The position numbers and the translations under genes are program-made. 26,285 nucleotides of DNA, from the IMG/VR virus record IMGVR_UViG_2740892234_000017, positions 1 through 26,285 of that record, one strand, 5' to 3'. Position 1 is the first letter of the stretch; each line of letters begins with the position of its first letter. Of this stretch, positions 1 to 8,222 are shown in pieces. The notes under the pieces were generated by a model, which saw only the letters and a program-made list of their open reading frames with translations, had not been told where the DNA came from and ran no database searches. Source of the DNA: a virus (Duplodnaviria > Heunggongvirae > Uroviricota > Caudoviricetes).

Positions 1-369
1 CTGGATGCACTGGAGCAGGCGTTGTGGGCCCGTCGGCCGTCCGGCACAGTCCATCACAGTGATAAAGGTTCTCAGTATGTATCACTGGCCTATACGGAGC
101 GACTAAAAGAAGCAAAACTGCTGGCATCAACAGGGAGTACAGGTGACTCGTATGACAACGCGATGGCGGAGAGCATCAATGGTCTTTACAAAGCGGAGGT
201 AATACACCGTAAGAGCTGGAAAAACCGTGCAGAAGTGGAACTGGCCACACTCACGTGGGTGGACTGGTATAACAATCGACGATTGCTGGGAAGGCTGGGT
301 CATATCCCTCCGGCAGAAGCAGAAAAAGCTTATTATGCTTCCATCAGAAACGATGATCTGGCAGCCTGA
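1..369 (+). CDS. IS3-family transposase OrfB (integrase/DDE catalytic domain), C-terminal fragment truncated by the window edge
   Basis: Open frame from nt 1 (LDALEQALWARRPSGTVHHSDKGSQYVSLAYTERLKEA...DSYDNAMAESINGLYKAEVIHRKSW...). The HSDxGSQY and DSYDNA(M)AES motifs are typical of the IS3-family DDE transposase C-terminus. Confidence 0.85.
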   Translation: MDALEQALWARRPSGTVHHSDKGSQYVSLAYTERLKEAKLLASTGSTGDSYDNAMAESINGLYKAEVIHRKSWKNRAEVELATLTWVDWYNNRRLLGRLGHIPPAEAEKAYYASIRNDDLAA

Positions 370-411
370 GTTCACAGATAAAACACTCTCCAGGAAAACC
401 GGGGCGGTTCA
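1..411 (+). mobile_element. IS3-family insertion sequence, partial right-hand portion (IS629/IS1203/IS3411-like); continues beyond the window start
   Basis: The transposase OrfB C-terminus reads in frame from nt 1. The element ends with ...CTCTCCAGGAAAACCGGGGCGGTTCA at 411, which matches the terminal inverted repeat I recall for IS629-like elements (5'-TGAACCGCCCCGG...). The 3' boundary is from memory of that repeat, not from alignment. Confidence 0.75.
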
Positions 412-530
412 AACCACATGTATGAGTCAGAATCAGCATCTGAATCATTTTTAAATCCAATTTTCGCCCAGTCAGTGTTTCTTTCCCAAATCAGGAAGGC
501 ATCATTGATAAATTTTATGCTGCCTGACAT
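412..530 (-). pseudogene. 5' remnant (about 39 codons) of the gene downstream of tail fibre H, probably a tail-fibre assembly/chaperone gene, truncated by the IS insertion
   Basis: An ATG at 530-528 overlaps the last codons of H in another frame (MSGSIKFINDAFLIWERNTDWAKIGFKNDSDADSDSYMW) and the frame runs straight into the IS terminal repeat at 411. This is the position of G in P2. The translated sequence is not recognisably P2 G. Confidence 0.4.
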
Positions 531-2263
531 GCTTCCGCCTGATAATGCCAGAGCAAGAATATCCGCAGGTGTTGGCTTTCGTGATGTTGTATAAAACTCT
601 GACCAGTCAGCCTCAAATCCATACCCATCACGTGCCGACCTGTAAAAAATCCCCCTGTTTTATAATCCACAAGAAACTGCATTGCCGGACAACTTCCCTC
701 ACCCGTGTAAAAATGCAGCACCATTTTTGATGCTCCGCCATCCTGTGCACAATAAGCACCACTGTCCCAGTTCCATCCTACCGCTTTATTATTTGCAACC
801 GTATTTCCTGTTTTCCCTAATGCAAAAGCCGGTTGCTTATTTTTCGTATTGTAGTCGCGTCGCCAGCCCGGCGCATAATCAGCTCCGTGATTGATATACG
901 TGAATTGCGCACTGGTGGTACCACCACCGCTTGATGTACTCGGAGTGGTCACACGAATGGTCATTGCTGCTTTAACGCCCATAACCTCAATCACGCAACC
1001 TGCAAGATGAATAGTCCCACAGTCAGTATCGGTAATAATTTTGTTATTACCGTATGACCAGGAACACTTGCACATCCAGTAGGGATGATTAAAGGCTCCC
1101 TGAGACTCTAGCCAGTCAATAAACTGCGCGGTTGTCCAGTTTCCGGCTTCAGTGCTCAAAGCGCCGCTATAAGCACGACAGGCACCGATATTTTTCGTGA
1201 AGGTATCCTTTCCCGGAATATCCGCACCGTTCTGATCTTTCTGAAGACGTTTTTCAGCATTGTCATAGGCAGACTTCACTGCTTTTGGCGTTGCCGCGAG
1301 GGTTTCAGAATCACTGTTGGCAGCGCTACTGAGCTGAACAAGACCTTTTCGCGCTGTAGTGGCATCCTGTGCAGTGTATTTCCCGTTAGCAAGGTCATAC
1401 GCTGTCTTAACCGCCTTTGGTGTTGCCGCAAGCGTTTCAGAATCGCTGTTGGTGGCGCTACTGAGCTGGACAAGGCCTTTTCGCGCTGTGGTGGCGTCCT
1501 GTGCGGTATATTTCCCGTTAGCAAGGTCATACGCTGCTTTTACCGCTTTTGGTGTTGCGGCGAGCGTTTCAGACGTGCTGTTAGTCGCACTACTGAGCTG
1601 AACAAGGCCTTTTCGCGCCGTGGTGGCATCCTGCGCAGTATATTTCCCGTTAGCAAGGTCATAGGCGGCCTTTACCGCTTTCGGCGTTGCGGCCAGTGTT
1701 TCAGACGTGCTGTTGGTCGCGCTGCTTAGCTGAGTAAAACCTTTTGCGGTCAGCGAGGCGTCCGGGTGACGTCGTGACTGTTCGTGCTCTGCAATTTTGT
1801 CATCAACGTAATCCTGCGTTGCCATCACCGTTGTGGTGTCAATGGTCAGCTCCACTGAGGCCACACTGCTGACGATGATGACCATGCGGCAGGTCTGCGA
1901 ACGCCCTGAGCCTTCGGCAAGGGCAGGCTTATAACTTTCGGCCATGTTCGCCACGGCAATTAACGTTCCTGCATCATCGTACAGGCCAAGCTCACGCATC
2001 CAGAAACCGCCCACCTCCGGCGGAATAACCAGCTCTGCGATAATATAATTACTGTTTCGTTTGTCCTGGCTGATTTTGTTCAGCGCATGTCGCCAGACTT
2101 CGTGGATAAGCCCGGTCTGTCCGGCATCCGGGACAGGCAATTTACCACCGCCATCCCCGACGGCCATCGTGGTAATGTTGACCTTCCGCCCTCCCGGTGC
2201 GGTTGCCGCTGCCAGCTTTGCTGCACCGGCAGTGGTGATAACGGTTCTGAATTTTGTGCTCAT
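515..2263 (-). CDS. H: Phage tail fibre protein (P2 gpH homologue) with a conserved N-terminal anchor, a 44-aa tandem-repeat shaft and a divergent C-terminal receptor-binding region
   Basis: 582 aa. N-terminus MSTKFRTVITTAGAAKLAAATAPGG...NYIIAELVIPPEVGGFWMRELGLYDDAGTLIAV is the conserved P2 H-type N-terminal domain. It sits immediately downstream of I, as in P2. Confidence 0.9.
   Translation of the reverse strand: MSTKFRTVITTAGAAKLAAATAPGGRKVNITTMAVGDGGGKLPVPDAGQTGLIHEVWRHALNKISQDKRNSNYIIAELVIPPEVGGFWMRELGLYDDAGTLIAVANMAESYKPALAEGSGRSQTCRMVIIVSSVASVELTIDTTTVMATQDYVDDKIAEHEQSRRHPDASLTAKGFTQLSSATNSTSETLAATPKAVKAAYDLANGKYTAQDATTARKGLVQLSSATNSTSETLAATPKAVKAAYDLANGKYTAQDATTARKGLVQLSSATNSDSETLAATPKAVKTAYDLANGKYTAQDATTARKGLVQLSSAANSDSETLAATPKAVKSAYDNAEKRLQKDQNGADIPGKDTFTKNIGACRAYSGALSTEAGNWTTAQFIDWLESQGAFNHPYWMCKCSWSYGNNKIITDTDCGTIHLAGCVIEVMGVKAAMTIRVTTPSTSSGGGTTSAQFTYINHGADYAPGWRRDYNTKNKQPAFALGKTGNTVANNKAVGWNWDSGAYCAQDGGASKMVLHFYTGEGSCPAMQFLVDYKTGGFFTGRHVMGMDLRLTGQSFIQHHESQHLRIFLLWHYQAEACQAA
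1245..1745 (-). repeat. In-frame tandem repeat of about 132 bp (44 aa), roughly 3.8 copies, inside the tail fibre gene
   Basis: Near-identical units recur at 132-nt spacing (for example TATTTCCCGTTAGCAAGGTCATA at about 1379, 1511 and 1643). The protein unit is KGLVQLSSATNSTSETLAATPKAVKAAYDLANGKYTAQDATTAR. Confidence 0.9.
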
Positions 2264-2273
2264 TATTCCTCAC

Positions 2274-2804
2274 TTATCCGGGGTAAACCGTAATTACATC
2301 GCCGTCGTAAGCCACACCACCGGCGAACAGGTAGCCGGGAATGTCCCGGGTAATGTTCAGGCCAATAAGGTGGCGGCTTGCAGGTTTGGCATCGGCAATC
2401 AGCCGTTCCATTTCCTGATACATTGCCTCTGTGATACCGCTTTCCAGTACACCAATATCAAGCCGGAAGGTGCCGGGCGGGTCACTGTTTTCCCACCACT
2501 CCGTCACGTTGATGAGATAGCCGAGCGGCTCCACCACACGCCGGATTGCACCTATCGTGCCCTTATGACAGTGGATGAAATAGGCATCGCGGATAACGGC
2601 GCGTTTTGTCGCTTCCGGCCACTTTTCATCCCACCTGTCGACCGAAAACGCCCACGCCAGCCACGGCAGCAGATTTGCCGGGCAGGTGTCCGGGTTCCAC
2701 AGCTCACGAATACTGACCGGTGTTTTTTCAATTTCCGCACAGGCTTTTGCGGCGGCAACTTCAAGCGGTGATGAGCCGGTCGGCAGCAGTCGCGAATCAC
2801 TCAT
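2274..2804 (-). CDS. I: Baseplate assembly / tail protein (P2 gpI)
   Basis: 176 aa, the same length as P2 gpI. Located between J and H, with a start overlapping the J stop. Confidence 0.9.
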   Translation of the reverse strand: MSDSRLLPTGSSPLEVAAAKACAEIEKTPVSIRELWNPDTCPANLLPWLAWAFSVDRWDEKWPEATKRAVIRDAYFIHCHKGTIGAIRRVVEPLGYLINVTEWWENSDPPGTFRLDIGVLESGITEAMYQEMERLIADAKPASRHLIGLNITRDIPGYLFAGGVAYDGDVITVYPG

Positions 2805-3705
2805 CCGAGCCTCCGGTCACGACGCGGTATTCGGTACAGAAAGACGCCTGCGTATTGTTGAGCACGATGTCGGCCAGCGGTGCAGCCAGTTCGACACGCT
2901 GCACACCTTCAACATGCAAGGCGGCATAAATGGCAGACAGACGGATGTCGCGCCCCAGCCGGTGCTGTGCCGTGATGTATGCTTCCAGTTTTTTCACGGC
3001 GGCCGCGCGGATGGGTTCGCTTTCGGGACCAGGGTAAAGGTAAAGCGTGGCGTTTATCTGGTATTCAACAATGGCGGCAGACTGCACGGTCACGCGGTCG
3101 GCCACCGGTCTGACGTCCTCGCCATTAAGGGCGTTACGCACCACGGCCAGCAGGTCTTCGGATGCGACACCGTTATTTTCACGTGACAGCACAGAGATGG
3201 TGACGCAGGCCGGAGACGGACTGGTGACAGAAATATCGGCGACACGCCCGTCGGCACTGCGACCATGATACTGATAGGCTCCCACCGACCCGGCGACGCT
3301 TAAGCCCTCAAACGCCTGCTGAATACGCAGCCGATAATCGGTGTCAGATTCCATTACTGCCGGTGTCGGCGGGATGGTTGAATCATCTGCCGGGGTGATA
3401 ATCAGGCGTGTGGTGTTGTAATTGGCACCAATCACATCAAGGTCATTACCGGCTGCACAGGCCAGCATCACCGCCCGTGCAGCCTCATTCACACGCTGAC
3501 GCCAGATAAGCTCACGATAAGCATTTTCCTCCAGCAGTTTGACGAGAGGCTCAGATTCCAGTGTCAGGGTACGGGCGACCGCCTCCTGCTGGTCTTCCGG
3601 GTAAAGGGAAATCAGTGTCGCCTTGCGTTCGGCAAGAATGGTTTCAAAGTCCAGCTCCTCGACCACATCCGGTGCGGGTAGCTGGTTCAGGTCGATAATC
3701 GGCAT
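2797..3705 (-). CDS. J: Baseplate assembly protein J (P2 gpJ)
   Basis: 302 aa, the same length as P2 gpJ. W-J-I synteny. Confidence 0.9.
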   Translation of the reverse strand: MPIIDLNQLPAPDVVEELDFETILAERKATLISLYPEDQQEAVARTLTLESEPLVKLLEENAYRELIWRQRVNEAARAVMLACAAGNDLDVIGANYNTTRLIITPADDSTIPPTPAVMESDTDYRLRIQQAFEGLSVAGSVGAYQYHGRSADGRVADISVTSPSPACVTISVLSRENNGVASEDLLAVVRNALNGEDVRPVADRVTVQSAAIVEYQINATLYLYPGPESEPIRAAAVKKLEAYITAQHRLGRDIRLSAIYAALHVEGVQRVELAAPLADIVLNNTQASFCTEYRVVTGGSDE

Positions 3706-3709
3706 GGTT

Positions 3710-4057
3710 TCAACTCACAGGGATGGTTAACGAAAGTGGCTGGCCGGTGTCGTTGTGCTGGCCGGTTAACGTGACCGTCATTCGCCCGTCAAAACTGCGC
3801 GCCGTGGTGACGGATGACAGGGTGACGCGGGGTTCCCATTTCAGCACTGCCATGTAACAGGCGACTTTAATCTGCAACTCAAGCGCCGGGGTCTGCGGCT
3901 GGTCAATCATTGACGCCAGCAACGAGCCGTAATCACGACGCATCACCCGTGAGCCGACCGGTGTGCGCAGGATATCGCCGATACTCTGGCTGATATGCTC
4001 AAGGTCAGTGACAGTCAGGCCATCACTGCGATTCATTCCGAGATAACGCGCTGTCAT
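3710..4057 (-). CDS. W: Baseplate assembly protein W (gp25/GPW family)
   Basis: 115 aa, the same length as P2 gpW. Located between V and J. Confidence 0.9.
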   Translation of the reverse strand: MTARYLGMNRSDGLTVTDLEHISQSIGDILRTPVGSRVMRRDYGSLLASMIDQPQTPALELQIKVACYMAVLKWEPRVTLSSVTTARSFDGRMTVTLTGQHNDTGQPLSLTIPVS

Positions 4058-4689
4058 AGAGGTCCCCCTGTTGTGCCGCCACTGTCGCCGGGGTGTTTAT
4101 GGGTATGCAGTACCTTACCGTTTGATGAGAGTTCACCGCCGGTGTGTTCAATGTTGCCGCGCATCGTCCCGCCCTTCTGCACTTCCAGCGTGCCGGTAAT
4201 CAGCCTGTTGGTGCAGACCACCTCCGGTGTGTCCAGGGTGACGCGGGTTGATGCTTTCACCATGACCACCGGCACCGTGGCAGTAACAGAATCAGAAGCC
4301 GTCACGCTGGCCGTTTTAATTCCGCTTACCGTGAGTGCACTGGTTTCGGGTTCATACTCAATCACCGCCCCGTCAGGGAAACGGATATGCAGGGCATCCG
4401 CCGACGCAGACGGCGCGGGGTTATCGCCGGAATAAATCCCCGGCAGAACAAACGCCGTGTCAAGTTCACCGCCCACGGCCAGAATCAGCACCTGCTCCCC
4501 CACGGAAGGTGCCCACCATGTGCGCGAACGACCGGCACGACAGGTCAGCCACTGAAGCCAGTCGGTGCACATGCCACCGGTCTGCACACGGCAGCGACCG
4601 GCTTTAAGGTTGGTTTCGACGACAAGGCCGGTGCGAATCATGTTGCGCAGTGCGCGCGCGAGTTCCTGGATATTTGCGAGAGTGTTCAT
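4054..4689 (-). CDS. V: Baseplate spike / assembly protein V
   Basis: 211 aa, the same length as P2 gpV. ATGA overlap with W. Confidence 0.9.
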   Translation of the reverse strand: MNTLANIQELARALRNMIRTGLVVETNLKAGRCRVQTGGMCTDWLQWLTCRAGRSRTWWAPSVGEQVLILAVGGELDTAFVLPGIYSGDNPAPSASADALHIRFPDGAVIEYEPETSALTVSGIKTASVTASDSVTATVPVVMVKASTRVTLDTPEVVCTNRLITGTLEVQKGGTMRGNIEHTGGELSSNGKVLHTHKHPGDSGGTTGGPL

Positions 4690-4755
4690 AACGGGAAGGA
4701 TGCCGCCGGGTCATACCGGCGGCAATGTAACGATGAGGTGTCGGGAATGGCACAA

Positions 4756-5208
4756 CTAACGGTCGAGGTGAGCCAGGATAATCTCTTCAATCATCTGCAC
4801 ATCCTCACCGGTAAAGCCGAGCAGAGGACGCGCCGGATAATCAATTTTCTTACCGTCTTTCCGGTTTTCTTCCGACAGACCAAACTGATGCACACTGGCG
4901 ATTTTCGGTGACTTCCCGCCGTAAAACTCCATTGATGCCTGTTCAGGGCTGGCGCGGATATGCAAAAAACGACTGGTGATAAGTTTCGCAAACATTTTTC
5001 GCTTAACACGACCGGTCTTTTTTCTGGCGCTCTGCTGCTGGCGTGGCGCGTAGGGTGTGCCGTCCGGGGCTTTCTGTGCCATCACCCGACGCTGCTGACT
5101 CTGCCGCAGACGTTTCGCCAGTTCGGCACTCAGTCGCCGACGCCCTGACGGTGACAGCGACTCAATCAGTCCGGTCAGCCGGTCTTCAAAACGCTTAAAC
5201 TCATTCAT
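4756..5208 (-). CDS. S: Tail completion / virion morphogenesis protein S
   Basis: 150 aa, the same length as P2 gpS. Basic Arg/Lys/Gln-rich middle region. Position R-S-V. Confidence 0.85.
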   Translation of the reverse strand: MNEFKRFEDRLTGLIESLSPSGRRRLSAELAKRLRQSQQRRVMAQKAPDGTPYAPRQQQSARKKTGRVKRKMFAKLITSRFLHIRASPEQASMEFYGGKSPKIASVHQFGLSEENRKDGKKIDYPARPLLGFTGEDVQMIEEIILAHLDR

Positions 5209-5668
5209 CCCACTTGCTCACCAGTTCGCCATTGATATAAAGCTCCATCGGGCGGGTGACCGGCTCCGGCGGCGTGGGTTCCGGGATATTCTTCACATGC
5301 AGCGCGCCGTCCACCTCACTGACCAGCGTGCGCTCGGTCAGCATCAGGCTGATGCTGATATCAAAGCTGCTGTCATTGTTGATGTCTGCATAAAACGTGA
5401 AGCCCTTTTTCTGGCCTTCGTCAGTGGTCATGATGTCGGGCTGATTTTCCCGCAGCCACGCCAGCACCGGCACGATGAGCAGGTCAAAATCACCGGTAAA
5501 GTCGGTCACAATGACATTGAGCGTGTAACGCTTTTCAAATGACAGCGACGTCGCCAGTGTGGAGGCAATACTCCCGTTATCCACGAATATCCGCAGCATC
5601 TCGGGACTGGTTTTCAGCACCGTGACGGCATCAGTCAGCGCCCTGCGCAGGCTGTCGGGTTTGAGCAT
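5201..5668 (-). CDS. R: Tail completion protein R
   Basis: 155 aa, the same length as P2 gpR. Immediately downstream of the lysis cassette. Confidence 0.85.
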   Translation of the reverse strand: MLKPDSLRRALTDAVTVLKTSPEMLRIFVDNGSIASTLATSLSFEKRYTLNVIVTDFTGDFDLLIVPVLAWLRENQPDIMTTDEGQKKGFTFYADINNDSSFDISISLMLTERTLVSEVDGALHVKNIPEPTPPEPVTRPMELYINGELVSKWDE

Positions 5669-5921
5669 CGTTTTCGTCCTGACAGTGTTTAATCATTTTT
5701 ACCTGGCTGGCACAGCGTGCCAGCGCGTTCTCAAGCTGCCGGATATCGGCACTTAAATCACCGTTCGTCTCCGGGTCACTGCCCGGCATCGGGCAAAGGC
5801 TCACTTTCGGGCAGGCGTTGTGGACAATCACTGGCGTCAGTGCAGGCCGGGCGCTGGTGCAACCGGCGCACAGCATCAGGCAGGTCAGCGCCGTACCAGC
5901 GGCGAAAATCTTCGTTTTCAT
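5631..5921 (-). CDS. lysC: LysC, Rz1-like outer-membrane spanin lipoprotein; overlaps the 3' end of lysB in another frame and the start of R
   Basis: 96 aa, the same length as P2 LysC. Signal peptide with lipobox (MKTKIFAAGTALTCLMLCAGC). Embedded-frame arrangement typical of Rz/Rz1 pairs. Confidence 0.8.
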   Translation of the reverse strand: MKTKIFAAGTALTCLMLCAGCTSARPALTPVIVHNACPKVSLCPMPGSDPETNGDLSADIRQLENALARCASQVKMIKHCQDENDAQTRQPAQGAD

Positions 5922-6201
5922 TCAGTAACCTCGTGATGGTTTTCTCGCGCTGTGCTTCACGCTTCGCGGCGTTTTCCAGTTCCTGACGCAGTGCAACCTG
6001 CGCCAGCTCGTTTTTATCTGCCCTGGTGAGCGCAACATGAAACTGTTTTTTCAGCATGGTGATGGTCATCTGCTGCCCGCTGGCGACATTGTTTGCCCTG
6101 TCCAGCGAGGCGCGCAGGCTGGCGTTTTCATGCTTCGCCAGAAACAGCCCCGCCACCGCCAGTGATAACAACACAACCAGCACAATCATCAGTTTTGACA
6201 T
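5776..6201 (-). CDS. lysB: LysB, Rz-like inner-membrane spanin
   Basis: 141 aa. N-terminal transmembrane segment (LMIVLVVLLSLAVAGLFLA) followed by a charged, probably coiled-coil region. Position matches P2 lysB. Confidence 0.85.
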   Translation of the reverse strand: MSKLMIVLVVLLSLAVAGLFLAKHENASLRASLDRANNVASGQQMTITMLKKQFHVALTRADKNELAQVALRQELENAAKREAQREKTITRLLNENEDFRRWYGADLPDAVRRLHQRPACTDASDCPQRLPESEPLPDAGQ

Positions 6202-6614
6202 GGTTCCCGCCCCTCAAAACGCTGACGGCAGGCCGTACGTATCAGCCGGAAGAACAGCGACGCCACGAGGTAAATCAGCGCAGTAAAAATCCACCCGGCA
6301 GCGACCAGCGAGATAAACGTCGCCACCATCACTACCAGAGCCACTGACCGCCTGCGCCACGGCACCGGCTGCAAAAACAGCGCCGTGACAATCTTCACGG
6401 CCAGCGATTCCGGCGGCAGCTCCCGCCCGTAGCGTTCCAGCACATACTCAGTGGCATACACGCCGACACCACCGGCAACCACACAGATAACCGTCACCAG
6501 AATCGCCCAGGCGGCGACAAAATTGACGGCCACGCTCTGCGGGTAAATCAGGGACAGTGCCAGCATCAGCGCCAGCGACACGTTCAGCATCAGTGAAAGG
6601 GATAATTTCTTCAT
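6189..6614 (-). CDS. lysA: LysA lysis-timing membrane protein
   Basis: 141 aa with several hydrophobic helices. Position K-lysA-lysB as in P2. Confidence 0.85.
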   Translation of the reverse strand: MKKLSLSLMLNVSLALMLALSLIYPQSVAVNFVAAWAILVTVICVVAGGVGVYATEYVLERYGRELPPESLAVKIVTALFLQPVPWRRRSVALVVMVATFISLVAAGWIFTALIYLVASLFFRLIRTACRQRFEGREPCQN

Positions 6615-6628
6615 GGTATTTACTCCGT

Positions 6629-7126
6629 TTAAGCCGGTACGCCGCCGGCGGTACGCCAGACGGTGACCAGTTTTTCCAGTGAATGCTCACGCTGACCGTA
6701 ACCGGCACCCGGCAGGGACGCCCAGATATTGCGACAGCGTGAAATGGCGCGCTCAATGCGTCCCGCCCGGATGTCATCCAGCGCACCGCGTTCGCGGATC
6801 AACTGAATGGCGAGTCTGTCCTGTGACAACGGACTGAAATCCGGCAGGGCAAGCTGTTTGCGGTAATGCGACCAGAACAGGTAAAGCTGCTGATAGCGAC
6901 CGGAGGCCGTGGATTTTTCACCGCGACGGTTAAACACCTTCGCCGGTCGGCCATGCGCGAACGGGTGGTCACTGTAGTCGGTGAAAATTTCCGGCTTCCC
7001 GTCCAGTCCGGTGACTATCACGTCATAGCCCCGGTTTTTCGTCAGCGGATGATTCGCCGTCCCTTCGGACACTGCCAGCATGTCGAGAAAGGCGGCGATA
7101 TTCTGATGCGTGTTAATTACCGGCAT
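6629..7126 (-). CDS. K: Endolysin (P2 gpK)
   Basis: 165 aa, the same length as P2 gpK. Located directly downstream of holin Y. The enzymatic fold (lysozyme/transglycosylase type) is assumed from P2 and was not checked by motif. Confidence 0.9.
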   Translation of the reverse strand: MPVINTHQNIAAFLDMLAVSEGTANHPLTKNRGYDVIVTGLDGKPEIFTDYSDHPFAHGRPAKVFNRRGEKSTASGRYQQLYLFWSHYRKQLALPDFSPLSQDRLAIQLIRERGALDDIRAGRIERAISRCRNIWASLPGAGYGQREHSLEKLVTVWRTAGGVPA

Positions 7127-7407
7127 TACTGTTTCCCCCTGCCCTTAAAGCGGCGCTGAATGGCAATCTCAATCACCTGATAACCGGCGATACCCAGCAT
7201 GGAGCCGATGCCGCACACCGCAGGCAGTGACAGGTCAGGAAACTGCACCAGAACAACACCGGCAACCATCGAGACAAAACCACCGAGCAACATGCGCCCG
7301 ATAAACAGACGCGGGGTGATGGGTTCACCACCGGCAAGCACCTTGCCGACAACAATCAGCACCCCAATCATGAAAAGCGACAGGACGCTTTTTTCTTCTG
7401 CTGTCAT
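7126..7407 (-). CDS. Y: Holin (P2 gpY)
   Basis: 93 aa, the same length as P2 gpY. Hydrophobic helices with a charged C-terminus (RRFKGRGKQ). Confidence 0.9.
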   Translation of the reverse strand: MTAEEKSVLSLFMIGVLIVVGKVLAGGEPITPRLFIGRMLLGGFVSMVAGVVLVQFPDLSLPAVCGIGSMLGIAGYQVIEIAIQRRFKGRGKQ

Positions 7408-7410
7408 GCG

Positions 7411-7614
7411 TTACTCCCACAGATTGACAGTTTCAGCCACGGGCGCGGTCTGAACGTCGGGCAGTTCGACGGCGGTGCCGTGCGGCAGCACCGCACCCAG
7501 TTCAGCCAGTCCCGGATTTGCGACGAGCACGGCCTCGACCACGCCCTCAGTGCGCCCGTAATACCGGACACAGATGGCGTCGAGCGTGTCGCCCTGTAGC
7601 GCAAAGGTCTTCAT
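7411..7614 (-). CDS. X: Tail protein X
   Basis: Start trimmed to the MKTFALQGDTLDAICVRYYGRTEG methionine, giving 67 aa as in P2 gpX. The start overlaps the L stop. Confidence 0.85.
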   Translation of the reverse strand: MKTFALQGDTLDAICVRYYGRTEGVVEAVLVANPGLAELGAVLPHGTAVELPDVQTAPVAETVNLWE

Positions 7615-8123
7615 CAGATTTGACTCACGATGCAGCGCGGCTTGTCCTGGATACGCGCCACTGCCCAGCGCATATCCCGCCACAGCTCATCAATGGTGCT
7701 GTCTATGCTGTCGGCCTTCTTGTCGCCTTTTGCACTGGCATCCACTCCGCGATAACGCTCATAAAGCGACGCGGTCGCCATCGCACACACGGCGCGCTCG
7801 TAGTAAAAAACTTTGATGCTTTCACCGTCGATGTCGTCCGCCGGGACGTCCGCCAGACGCGTAAAACCGGCGGCTATTTTCTGTTCGCGGTACTCGTACA
7901 GCTCCGCATTCGTCTCCGCCATACCTGACTTGATGGCCTCACGCAGACGGGCGGGGGCGACGGTCTGCTCAAGGCGCATACGTTCCCGGACGCGCTTCGG
8001 GTCGATATCGGGAAAAAAGAACGTGTTTTTAATCACCGGCTCGTCGCCTGCCGGTTGCGGGATGACCACCGTACCCTCACCGGACACGGGAGCCTCCTTT
8101 CGCGGAATAATCAGCGTCATCAT
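7614..8123 (-). CDS. L: Head completion / stabilisation protein L
   Basis: Start trimmed to MMTLIIPRKEAPVSGEG, giving 169 aa as in P2 gpL. Confidence 0.85.
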   Translation of the reverse strand: MMTLIIPRKEAPVSGEGTVVIPQPAGDEPVIKNTFFFPDIDPKRVRERMRLEQTVAPARLREAIKSGMAETNAELYEYREQKIAAGFTRLADVPADDIDGESIKVFYYERAVCAMATASLYERYRGVDASAKGDKKADSIDSTIDELWRDMRWAVARIQDKPRCIVSQI

Positions 8124-8222
8124 GACTACCTCTGAAAAGTCGGGCGGTGGACGCCGGTGCAGTGTCAGGTGATTCACCCTCACTGACCGGCGTGCCGCCC
8201 TGGCGCGGGGCGCATTCGGTTG

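Noticed and set aside
1245-1745. Possible CRISPR-like repeat array
   Set aside because: The repeats are 132 bp, directly tandem with no spacers, and in frame within the tail fibre gene. This is a coding tandem repeat, not a CRISPR array.
2061-2771. 236-aa plus-strand ORF across the H/I region
   Set aside because: It lies antisense to two well-supported P2 genes (H and I) that match P2 in length and order. It is a typical shadow ORF in GC-rich coding DNA, with no ribosome-binding site or recognisable motifs.
4387-4911. 174-aa plus-strand ORF spanning V and S
   Set aside because: Antisense to baseplate gene V and tail gene S. The Arg-rich translation is typical of a wrong-frame read of GC-rich DNA.
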